Origin: Pachysolen tannophilus NRRL Y-2460
Taxonomy: Eukaryota
Length of the DNA: 64,000 nucleotides
Reading direction: 5' to 3'
Assembly: GCA_001661245.1 (NCBI GenBank)
Contig: KV454016.1
Span: 1,052,268 to 1,116,267, forward strand
Shown: one piece after another, positions 28,957-39,809 of the stretch
How positions within the stretch are numbered: the first letter of the stretch is position 1
Layout: every line of letters starts with the position of its first letter
Position numbers and translations under genes: made by a program
Notes under the pieces: generated by a model
Told to the model about the DNA's origin: nothing
The model's input: only the letters and a program-made list of their open reading frames with translations
Database searches by the model: none

Positions 28957-30699
28957 CTACTTGCGAGACGGCTTTCTAGGTGGCCTTGCATACCTGTAAC
29001 AATCTCTGACCCATCTTCTTCGCCTCCATCTTCCAATAAAACCGTCTTCCTCTCTTTTCTCTATATCATAAACCCATCCATCATCTGATGAAATTTTCAC
29101 GTCTTTGATTTCTCTATCTGTGACCCATAAATTATCCTTATCCAATTCCCAATTTTTTTCAGAATCAAACTCCCAATTCTCGACAGGTGGTAATATCTCA
29201 GCAATCATAGATGATCCTTCCGGAATTTGTTGTGATGCTCTCAATTCACAATTCGGATCAAATATTTCAGTGGTGAAACAGTACGGATTCCATTGCAATG
29301 GAGTTAAACCTTGTTCTTCCAATTCAAAAATCTCCACTTCTCTAATTTCTGGAGATTCATCTAAAATTATCGATTTATTTTCTATGATCCTAGGTGGTAA
29401 CTTTGGTGGTAACCTGTGAGGAATAATTGTATTTTGAGGAAAATATAATTTTATGACTTTATCAATAGTCTTCATGGTTTTTGGATGGCAAATAATAACC
29501 AAAGACCATCCAACAGCTATGAAAATTAGTCTCCATGGAATAAAAGCACCAAAAAATAACACACAAAATATCATCTTTAAAAAATTGAAAAATAACTCCG
29601 TTGATGATTTTTCATCTTCAAAACCAGCTGTAACATAAAAAAAATCTTCAACTTGGTCATAAGTACTGATAACATCGGTACTCATATTTTGTAAATCTCT
29701 CATATTTCTCAATAACTTCATTTGTTTTTTTAATTTCTTTGACGTTGAATTCACTTTACTACTAGTTGGCTCTTCGGATTCTTCTTTTGTAGTTTCCAGT
29801 TGTCTTTGATTTTGTGAATTTTGTCTCTCTGATGATACTGGAGAAAGTAAATCATCAGTTGCTTCATTGACAGAAGGTTTTGGTGACTGAAAATTATTGT
29901 CTTTGTTTGCCTTGTGGCTTTTTTGCGATACAAGCAAAAAATCAAAAACTGCTTGCCCTCTTTTTTTAACAGGAATTATTGGTGACTTGTTAATTGGATG
30001 TCTATATAAATAGTTTGGAATTATTGCACCATAAATTACCGCAAGTAAAGGATAAACCAAGATTAAATATGGATAGCAACATATAGATGTGTAGATAACC
30101 AATGCAGTTAATGTTGCTGTTGGCCTTGACCAAGTTACAATCTGAGTAATACCAGATTGCAATTTGTACAATATATCTAACCTAGAACTTAAATTCTTAA
30201 AGTTTTTGGCTACTATTCTAATTGAAAAATTTGGTTTATTATCATTCTTAGGTAATTTTCGTTTTGATTTATTATTCTTTGGGATAATATTGCTTATGAA
30301 TTTGTCTAACAAGATATCTGTAAAATGATCCAGTTGTTTTTTATTGTCACCATTATTGAGAAAAGATCTTCTTGATTCTTCTGTGGGTGTAGAAGGATCT
30401 GATGAATCATTCTCATCTGAATCGAGACTATCAGCCACTATTTCAAATAAACTTGAACCGAGAGGAGGCAACCTTAAATTTGGGCTATCAACTCCAGAAG
30501 CACCCGCTTTATCCAATCCTTTATTTAACAATAAAGCTGCTGTCCTCGCAGCCATGTTTGACTTTGATCCAGGTCGATTATTCTCAGTAGCAATGTCAGA
30601 TGACATACCGTACAGTTGTGATAATGCATTTAATGCGCTGCGACGAAATTTGGAACTTCTCTTGGAAGATTCCAGATTGGATGAGTATTCATCAGTCAT
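28957..30699 (-). CDS. Pex24/Pex28-family peroxin with C-terminal dysferlin-like domain
   Basis: NFKNLSSRL..ITQIVTW, LRNMRDLQN and C-terminal W..RRRRWVR motifs; most like Pex28. Confidence 0.8.
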   Translation of the reverse strand: MTDEYSSNLESSKRSSKFRRSALNALSQLYGMSSDIATENNRPGSKSNMAARTAALLLNKGLDKAGASGVDSPNLRLPPLGSSLFEIVADSLDSDENDSSDPSTPTEESRRSFLNNGDNKKQLDHFTDILLDKFISNIIPKNNKSKRKLPKNDNKPNFSIRIVAKNFKNLSSRLDILYKLQSGITQIVTWSRPTATLTALVIYTSICCYPYLILVYPLLAVIYGAIIPNYLYRHPINKSPIIPVKKRGQAVFDFLLVSQKSHKANKDNNFQSPKPSVNEATDDLLSPVSSERQNSQNQRQLETTKEESEEPTSSKVNSTSKKLKKQMKLLRNMRDLQNMSTDVISTYDQVEDFFYVTAGFEDEKSSTELFFNFLKMIFCVLFFGAFIPWRLIFIAVGWSLVIICHPKTMKTIDKVIKLYFPQNTIIPHRLPPKLPPRIIENKSIILDESPEIREVEIFELEEQGLTPLQWNPYCFTTEIFDPNCELRASQQIPEGSSMIAEILPPVENWEFDSEKNWELDKDNLWVTDREIKDVKISSDDGWVYDIEKREEDGFIGRWRRRRWVRDCYRYARPPRKPSRK

Positions 30700-31037
30700 T
30701 TGTCAACTGTTGAGTTCAAAACCAATGAGAAAATCACTTCAATTGCTTATTCTTCTCAAATTTGGATATTTATATACATCAAATAAATATTTACGTTGGA
30801 ATTAAAGTTACTTTCTGATAAGTATTGCTGATTATTTATTTGGACGTACATACAATATACAATCTAAATGACAGATATAAAGTAATTAATACAAAACTTT
30901 TACTCTATCTAATAATAATACAAATACTTCTGATGCCTTGTATTTCTGTTTAAAATGCATTTTCTTATGTTAACCAGAGTGGTCCTCTTAATTAACAAGC
31001 TTCTGTGTATATATAAATGATAAAATTCCTGCATATT

Positions 31038-33862
31038 TTAATTATATTTGACAAAAGAATGCCCTGATAGTCTTTTAGCTCCCCATCTTTTACTATGATC
31101 CCAGACCAAGCAATTCTTGAGGAAACTAATGAATATTAATAGCTCATTGAACACGGGCTCATTATTAGCATATTGGGATAATTTGATTAAGCTTTCCAAT
31201 TTTTTAGAATTTGGTATTATTGGATTATTCATACCCAATTTTTTCTGTAATTTTGACAAGTTCAAGCAACCCTCCTCGTTGAAAATTTTCCATAATAAAG
31301 TCGAGGTATTCAAATCCAGGTCCTTATCTTCAGAGTTTTCGGATCCAACTGAGCCCTTCAGTAACAATTCTAGACGTAATTTTATGATATAATTCTCATT
31401 CGGAGCACCTATCAATTCTACCATCATTTGCATCAACTCATTTTCAGTTTTACATGGGAAAACGGGACTTCCTGTAAATAGTTCAACCAAAATAACACCC
31501 AAAGACCAAATATCAATCTTTTCACTATACCAGCCACCCAATAAGACTTCAGGGGCCCTATAAAAACGTGATTGAATATATGAATAAGATACCTCATTCA
31601 CATGACAAGATGATCCAAAATCTATTAACTTTATATTGAAACTATCTAGTGATGTTAACATTATATTTTCAGGTTTTAAATCACAGTGGACTAATTGCAA
31701 GTTTTCATGTAAGAATTCAAGGGATGTTAAAAGCTGTTTAGCAAAATTGGCAACAATTGATATTTCGAAACCTTTAAAATGTGCCAATTCTAACACCTGG
31801 AACAAATTAATCGGTAAATACTCTGTTGAAATACACATATGACCTCTGAAATGGAAATGATTGAAATAGCGAATCATAGGGATATCTGTGTGGTGGGACG
31901 AAATTGCTATTTTTTTTAAGATTTTAACCTCATTGACAGCCTGTAAAGAACAAGTCATTTCGTTTTTGACGATTTTCATTGCAACAACTTTTCCATCCTT
32001 GTAGTCTCGGCATGCTATAACTCCTCCAAATGCTCCATTACCTAAAATTTTCAAGATCTCGTACCTATAATTTATATGATCACCCAATCGGATGATGTAG
32101 TTTTTGTTGTTGTCATCAAATCCAAAGTTATTTTTCAGATCTAAAACTTCTATATTAGGTTTATTTAAATGATGTTTCCCTGTGAAATAAATATTTCGTT
32201 TTCTTAATACTTCACTTTTTTCGTAATTATTTAGCGGATCATATAAATTACTATGATCTTTCATATTTTCTGGTATTATTGGTTCAACTCTTTCAACTCT
32301 TTTGCGTTTTAATATTTCACATTCTTTTGCTAATGATGATTTAGTTACTAATTTTGTTAAATCTTCAATTGAAGAAATTTTCTGAGATGTAAAAATAAGG
32401 GAGTTCCTCTTCGATTTCGTATAAAGTGAAGCAGATCTTGCTTTATAAACATTCGAAGGATTTCTACTCGATTCTCTCTTACTCGCACCAACATTTATAT
32501 CTTGCTGAGAGTCCACTATTATTGAAGCAGTCTTCAGTGATATTTTTCGTTGAGAGGTAGCCGTATCAGATAAATTCTGGTGAGTATATGATCTACTCAA
32601 CGATCCATTTTTAGTAAGTGCAACAACATCTCTACTTACTCTTCTTGAATTTATAATTGAATTATCATGGTACTGCGTCCTTGGCTGAACAAAAGACAAC
32701 CTTTTTATAGTATTCGGAGTATTTTTAATGGGAGTTCTTGTTTTCAGAATATTCAAAGAGTTCAAAGTCTTTATCAGTTGTTTTGAACTTGTTTCTGTTG
32801 AAATATCCTGTCTATTAATATGTGAATTGTTGTGCTTACTCTCTGCAGGACCACCTAAAACGCTCATTTGCGATGGTATAGACTGTGATGGAGTTAAAAT
32901 CATTGAATGTATTCTCGGCTTATTGTAATTTTTACTTCTGGAAAAACCATGCGAAGGAATTCTATTTTTTAAAGGTGTTTCTTGTAAAATTGATTTATTT
33001 TCCTTATTTTCTTTAACATTATTACAGTTTGTCTTTTTCGATGACGACGTTGTTTGTTTTAAATATGAGGGAATTGTATTTGCCTTTTTAGATTCGGGAG
33101 TAGCCAAAGATACATTATTCAATCTATATTCATGATTGAATTTAGTAGCAGGAGCAGGTTCCAAACGAGCGCTCACAAACTTTGCTGACGATGATGATGA
33201 TGATAATGATGATGATGATGCAATGTCATTTATACTTTGCGGAGACCTTCCATGTACATTTGATGCAAATCTCGTCACATGCTTGCTTGACGAATAAGGT
33301 TTATGTAACATTGAAGTCGATCTAGTTAAGGGAATATGTTTTTCATTAACTCTATCAGGTGTATTCATAGCAGGTACTGATTTGAAATGACTAGGAGAAT
33401 CACTAACAACTCGAGATACAGGTTTTGTAGCGCTCGTTCCGGCATTAGAATCCACATTGGAGTTCAAAAAATGATTACTATCCTGATTGAATGAATGCAA
33501 GTTCAATTTGATCGATGATGTTGATAGCGGCAATTTTGACTCGGGACTTATCTTTAATTGTTTTGTCGATTGATTAAGTTGATTTTTAGGTTTCGGTATT
33601 TTACTTTTTTTTGAATTTTCCCATTGATAATATCTTTATATTTCTCTAAAACTGAAGGTGAAGAGTTTAATACTCGTGGATCTAACGTTGTGGAAAAAGA
33701 TTTATTATCATCTTCAAATAAAACAGAATTATCTGATGTGGATAAAGTTTGATCTATTAAACTTTTATCATCTTCCGTCCCTTCTTTTAATGAAAACCCA
33801 CCTAATTGATTCGTTATAAATGACAAATCACGGTCTAAGCTGGTATCATGGGTACTAGCCAT
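31038..33862 (-). CDS. Class-2 DYRK (Pom1/DYRK2-like) kinase interrupted by a 1-nt frameshift in an A8 run (33605-33612)
   Basis: NAPA-like YEKSEV..IYFTG, DH box NNFGFDD, HCDLKPEN and YSYIQSRFYRAPEV; ORFs 33554-33862 and 31038-33533 join into 941 aa if one A is added. Confidence 0.8.
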
Positions 33863-34101
33863 CTTATTAGAAAACTAACAAGACCCAGTGTTGCGAAAGA
33901 ATAGTATTCTAATGTGATTTCGTTTCACTTTCACTTTTTGTTTATCTTTTTTGGTTTTTTATTTACTTTTTAAATTTTTTTTTTTAAACATTTTTTCAAA
34001 TCACCAAAATAAAATCATTTAAATCATTTAAATCCATCAAAAAGTGTTTGAATTCATTAATTTGTAAAAAATTTAATTGATTCGAGTAGATATTCAACAT
34101 C

Positions 34102-34533
34102 ATGCCAACCACATATTCTACTCAATTTTTACTTCTCTTTTCACAGTTGGTTCATGAATCAGCAATCTTAGAATTGACACTGGATAATTTCAAGAGTATA
34201 CGAATAAAATTGAAAAATCATCCAATAGTGACTGAATCCAATATAAAAATACTGAATGAAGCTGGTTTGTTATCACTTTATAAAAAATTGTTGCTTGAAT
34301 ATGGGTTAGATCCAGAGAAATTTTCTGAAGGTAGCGAAGTCAAGAATGAACAAAATTCAGATCAACTTTATAATAACAGTAATAAAGTCAAGAAGCCACC
34401 AGTGTATGCTACAAAGTTATGCGAATATTTGTATTTAAAAAGAATAGAGGAATTGAAAAAAGGTATTGAAGAAAATGGGATCTCATTTAAGGAACAATTG
34501 GAAAAATTAAATAAAATTTCCAGTATACAATAA
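34102..34533 (+). CDS. Small protein resembling SWR1-complex subunit Swc7
   Basis: 143 aa; LLLFSQLV...LKNHPIV...LCEYLYLKRIEEL pattern recalls Swc7. Confidence 0.5.
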   Translation: MPTTYSTQFLLLFSQLVHESAILELTLDNFKSIRIKLKNHPIVTESNIKILNEAGLLSLYKKLLLEYGLDPEKFSEGSEVKNEQNSDQLYNNSNKVKKPPVYATKLCEYLYLKRIEELKKGIEENGISFKEQLEKLNKISSIQ

Positions 34534-35978
34534 CTATTTATTATCGAAAAATGAAGTCTTTAAATATTTAAATTGTTCAGTGTTTGAAAAATTTATTTTC
34601 AATAACAGAATTATACTCACCATTCCAATTCCATGTGAAAAGGCAATCAATCATCTTTTTGGGTATCAAAAATATACTCACGTATTATTTATATTCACAA
34701 GAAAACTTAAAACCACCACTAGTGGTTTCAGTCTAGGAAATAATTAGAGTTTAATGCATGTGCAGAGGTTTTGTAAAAGTCCGGCTTTCATACTTCTGAC
34801 AATATCATCATCATCATCATCATTTTAATATCCTATCGATGCTAGGATGCCCTTTTTTTTTTTTTTTTTTGTATTTTCGTGATTTGGGGTTTTTATTTTA
34901 TTTTATTTTATTTAATTTTTTGGTTTGGTGAGATTAGTGACTAATATGTCTGCAATTAGAGTTGAAATTTCCATTGTGACTCTAGAATAAACTAACATAA
35001 AAGTTCTTTTTCTTCTTTTTTTTTTTGCTAATCAAAAACAAGTTGTGTTTTTGTTCTTAGTTGAAAAGAGAATTGATAATTTTTGTTAAAAAATTGATGG
35101 ACTAATACATGTTGTGAAAGAACTGAAATTAATGTCTAATGTCTAAAAGTTAGTACTTAGATTATGCTGCAAAACTTGCTGCTATTTGTTCTTTATAAAT
35201 TCCAGTGTTCTATCTTAACATCAAAATAATTACCGGAGTTTTGAAAAGAAAAATAAATAAATAAATAAATAGATTGAATCATTAAGAACATCCAGTCATA
35301 TCTTCATATATCACACTTGATAGTTATAGACAGCTTCAAAATATTGGGTTACAGATGACTGGAATTAACTTTCAATATAAAAATCAATATTAACAAGAAC
35401 GTGAATTAGAGCTCAAAGCAGTAACATAAAAAGTATTAACACAATCAGTAGCCACTTCATAAAATCAAAACATTCAAAAAAAAAACATTATAGTCTAGAT
35501 CTAGGATTCTAAAAAAATTCTACTAAGTTTTTATTTAATAGTCTCTCGATTTGATGAGCACCTTAGAATCATTCTGTTAGTAAACTAGTTAGCCGGAAAA
35601 TATTGGGTGAAATGATAATTGATGATTGATTCTCTTTTTCTTCTTTTTTATAGAACTTAAAATTAATAATATCCTAACAGCTCTAAATATCTATTAGGCA
35701 ATAAATATAATCAAATGACCACAAGGAAAATGAAGGAAGACTTCATCAGAAACTCTTGATCAAAACCTCTATCTTATAATTTAAGCCGCACTTCCAATTG
35801 TGTTCATGCAAGTTTATGCAGATGAATTTAGGACCACAAAAACAATAGTTTTCCATCTTTCAATTCAAAGTTCTTTTCTCATTCTTTCCATTCAATCATA
35901 AAATTTGTTTATCCAGTTTATTTCAGAAATGTTGGTTTATTTTCTATTATCTTCTTAATTGTTCAGTTCAATATAAAA

Positions 35979-37324
35979 ATGGGGTATAACTACAAGGATG
36001 TCGATTGGGTTGACATTAAGAAAAATGTCGTTAGGGTAAGCATAAAGTATTTAAAAACATATGAAATACTTGATAAGTTATTAACAATATAAATTCCAAT
36101 TTTCAATTGATTGTGTATTTTCATAATTAGGCCCCTCAAATTTTGAAAAACAAAGCAAAAGTGGGAACTACCACTGTAGACGAGGAATTTGAATTATTAA
36201 GTAACAGATTCTATGAAATAGATGAAGACATTAATAAATTATCAAAATCAGTGCATAAATATCATTCGGCAATTATATCGTTACTTGAATTTTCTAGTCA
36301 ATTGGGTCACACAATGACTATTCTCTTGGATCCTACAATTGAAAGAAAAACAATTGACATTAATCAATTGAATAACGGTGAACACACAAGTTTGAAAAAC
36401 TACGAAAATGCAACTGGAGCTTCAGAAAGAATTTCAAAATATTTAGAATCTTATACTTCAATTGATCATGGTATCAATGATTGTTTAAATATTTTACTTG
36501 AAAGTTTTGATTCACAAATTAAACAGTTGACAATTTTTTTGAAAAAAGTTAAAAAATATATTAAGGAAAGAAATTATTCTTTGTTAGATTATGATAAGTA
36601 CATTGATTCAATTGAAAATTTAGAAGATAAATATAATTCTTTGACTCCAAAGCAACAACAGCAGTTATTTACTAATAAGAGAAGAATTGAAGACTTTAAA
36701 GTAAAATATGATACTTTAAACTTAAATTTGAAAAAAGAATTGCCATATTTTTTTGCATTAATAAGGGAAGCAGCAAAACCTTTATTTACAAAAATTTATT
36801 ATACACAATTTTCCATAATGTATCAAATGCATATTTCTTTATCAAACAATGCACCACAGGAGTATCTTGGCAATTTTAAAGATTTCAAAAAAGACGTTAT
36901 TTTGGAAAAACAAGCAAAATCATCAGAAATCTTGGATTCTTTAAAAATATGCAATTTCCATGACGAATTTTTAAAAACCATAACGAATAACTTAATATTA
37001 AGTGATACTTACCCATCAAGCTCAAAAAATTATTCAGCTAGCACCACCAACTTATCAAGAGAATCTTCTGCAAAGAGTTCCTCAAAGATTTTCATGAATT
37101 CTCTCCCACATCCTCCACCTCCGTATACTCGTAATGAACCTGCTATGACAGAAGACTACTGTATTGCTCTATACGATTTTTTCAAAGTTCAAGATGGGGA
37201 TTTATCTTTTAAAGAAAATGATAAAATTAAAATATTACAAAGAAATGAAAGCAACGGCTGGTGGAAAGGAGAGCTAAATGGAAAGATAGGATTTTTCCCA
37301 AGAAATTACGTTTCTTTATGTTAA
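35979..37324 (+). CDS. BAR-SH3 amphiphysin (Rvs167-like); exon 1 35979-36035, intron 36036-36130, exon 2 36131-37324
   Basis: Splicing GTAAGC...TATTAAC...TAG gives W.DIKKNVVR-APQ, the N-BAR helix-0 motif; C-terminal SH3 (ALYDF..DLSF..WWKG..GFFPRNYV). Confidence 0.85.
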
Positions 37325-37564
37325 GCTCAGCAAATTTGAATTAAATAATTTTTCCTTTTGTATAATACCACTATCAAATTATAGTTTTTAGCTAAAAAGC
37401 CGAGTGAGAAATATTTTAATTCTTAAGTAATCAATTTTTGTAAAACCTATAATTGAAATGCTATACATAAATTATTATCTTACATATCATTTGTAAGCTC
37501 AACGCTGTTATAAGTTATGACTGTAATGCTACCAATATCACTCTCTACCATTTTTTTTTCTCCC

Positions 37565-39433
37565 TTATAATTTCTTAAGAAGTTCAAGATTTTCATTAAT
37601 TTCGTTTTTTACTTCTCTTTCCCATATTTCAACGCACCTACCAGAACAAAATTGTTTCCTGATTGGAATGAGTTTAACATCCACAAAATCCCACCATTCA
37701 ATTACCTCAGCAACATATTGTATTACAATTTGGTTACATACAGAACACGTTTCTTTTAAGGCACCCAGATGTAAAGCTTTTGCAATAGTTTGAGAAATTG
37801 TTTTACCAATTACTTGTTTCCACTTCCTGGTTTCTGATTGAGAAGTTTTGTATGTTGATATTTCACGAAGACATAATTCTGTTAATTTGGGAATTTTGAA
37901 TAAGTTTGACTGCAAAATTTTTTGTTCTTTCTCATCAAAGCTATCTTCGTATAATTGTTGGGTGGAAGGTGAAAGGGAAAATTCAGTTTCTGATTTCTGG
38001 GATAATATGCTTAAATTTTTAGTTAATTTGAATGCTCCTTCATTTATAATATGCTTATTTCTGTTGATATATTTTAAACGTCCTATGAATCTTCTCTGTT
38101 TAGAGTTCTTCTGTATTGACTGTGGACAAATTTCTCTTGTAGTTTTAAAATCTTCTTTTTCTAATAATGCAGAATTAGGTCTTAGAACCAAAGTTTGAAG
38201 ATTATTCAAATCCAATAACTGGTGTGGTAAAGTCTGAATTAAATTTGAAGATACATTCAAATACTTCAAATTTTTTAAGTATGAAATGATCCCAGGTAAT
38301 GATTTCAATTTATTATCTCTTAAGCTCAATACTTCAATTTTATCACGTAGTTCAAATAAGCATGGTGATAATGAACTTAAAGCATTATGAGTTAAGTAGA
38401 TTTGTAATCTCACAGGGGAAATAAATCCAAATTCATCAGGTATAACTAAGTCTTTAAAATCTTCAATTTCATCTGGAATTTTGACTAAATTTAAATTCTC
38501 GAGGTAAATTTTCTTATCACAATTTTCAAAAAAAATTGTTAATAAATCTCTGGCTCTTTTCAGTACTAATTCTGCATCTAATGTTTGTTCTTGACTCCAA
38601 TCCAAATCTTTTTCAGACAAGGGTTGAACCCCATTAACCCTACCAAACCTATCAATTCCAAAATCAATGGTATCATCAGATTGTACATGGTTTTCATTGA
38701 AAAAAGGATTTGAAAAATTATTATTATTCATAAAAGTAACTTGACTACTGGGAAGCGGAAATTGATTATTATTGTTACTATCATTATTATTATTATTATT
38801 ATTAGGAGGAAGCCAATATGGTTGATTAACAAGACTTTGATTTTCGATTTTAGTTGGTGAACTGGGTAAAATAAAAGTACGATCTGCTACTGAATTGAAA
38901 TATCCCATTTCCAATTCAGAATCAAGTGTATTACTATCATTTGCAAAATCCCTTTTTTTCATATTGCTATTGGAAATTGGAGGTGAACTGGACAATTTGT
39001 GGAACGGATATATAGAATCTGATGAATGATTATTTATAAAATCTGTTAATGAATTTTTTTTATCTTTTCGATGCTTATAAGGAAGTTGATGCTGTGAATG
39101 TTGAATCTGAGTGCTAGTTGGTATATGTTCTAGATCCATCCCATCAGACGTAAGCATTGGATCTGAACTTCCAACTCTTGATTTCTTGTTATATTTATAC
39201 CCATCATAAGAATCATTCTCAATGTTTACATCGCTTCTACGTCGTTTTGAAGCAGATGCATTGCAATCATTGACACTTTCTGCATTCTCTAAACCTCTGG
39301 TATGGAATATTGTACCACCTGCATTCAAATCTCTAATTTTACGATTCACAGGTTCTGTTGATAACGGTACCTCATTCTTATCATTTCTTGATATATCAAA
39401 TGCCAATGGAAGTAAAGTATTCTGTCTATCCAT
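37565..39433 (-). CDS. Leucine-rich-repeat protein with disordered N-terminus and C-terminal CxxC...CSxxC module
   Basis: LxxLxLxxNxL repeats (LSLRDNKLKSLP, LNVSSNLIQTLP). Confidence 0.75.
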   Translation of the reverse strand: MDRQNTLLPLAFDISRNDKNEVPLSTEPVNRKIRDLNAGGTIFHTRGLENAESVNDCNASASKRRRSDVNIENDSYDGYKYNKKSRVGSSDPMLTSDGMDLEHIPTSTQIQHSQHQLPYKHRKDKKNSLTDFINNHSSDSIYPFHKLSSSPPISNSNMKKRDFANDSNTLDSELEMGYFNSVADRTFILPSSPTKIENQSLVNQPYWLPPNNNNNNNDSNNNNQFPLPSSQVTFMNNNNFSNPFFNENHVQSDDTIDFGIDRFGRVNGVQPLSEKDLDWSQEQTLDAELVLKRARDLLTIFFENCDKKIYLENLNLVKIPDEIEDFKDLVIPDEFGFISPVRLQIYLTHNALSSLSPCLFELRDKIEVLSLRDNKLKSLPGIISYLKNLKYLNVSSNLIQTLPHQLLDLNNLQTLVLRPNSALLEKEDFKTTREICPQSIQKNSKQRRFIGRLKYINRNKHIINEGAFKLTKNLSILSQKSETEFSLSPSTQQLYEDSFDEKEQKILQSNLFKIPKLTELCLREISTYKTSQSETRKWKQVIGKTISQTIAKALHLGALKETCSVCNQIVIQYVAEVIEWWDFVDVKLIPIRKQFCSGRCVEIWEREVKNEINENLELLKKL

Positions 39434-39654
39434 AATCAGAGCATAGCAGTTTGAGAAAAGAATAGATAATTATAAAGATACGATGAAATAAATGAATGAA
39501 TAAAAAAAAAAAACTCTATTCGTTTTGTTTACCTTTATTTACCTTTGTGACAAATTTGGCGCGTGAAAAGTAAAAAGAAAAAAAAATTATTCCATTTTGG
39601 GTAAGTTTACTAGAAATAATATGCACATTTGGGAGAAAAGTGAGAATACAATTT

Positions 39655-39726
39655 TCCGTGATAGTTTAGTGGCTAGAATTACCGCTTGTCGCGTGGTAGA
39701 CCGGGGTTCAATTCCCCGTCGCGGAG
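39655..39726 (+). tRNA. tRNA-Asp (GTC)
   Basis: TCCGTGA acceptor stem pairs with TCGCGGA; anticodon loop TTGTCGC; GGTTCAATTCC B-box; poly-T terminator follows. Confidence 0.96.
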
Positions 39727-39809
39727 CTTTTATTTTTTTTATTTTTTTTATTTTTTTTTTTTTCTTTTCTTCTATATATAATATTATACATCTATTACTA
39801 CCTACCCAA

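Noticed and set aside
34871..34960. Intron-like signals (GTATTT...GACTAAT...TAG) between the Swc7-like and Rvs167-like genes
   Set aside because: Weak consensus and no flanking reading frame of credible length.
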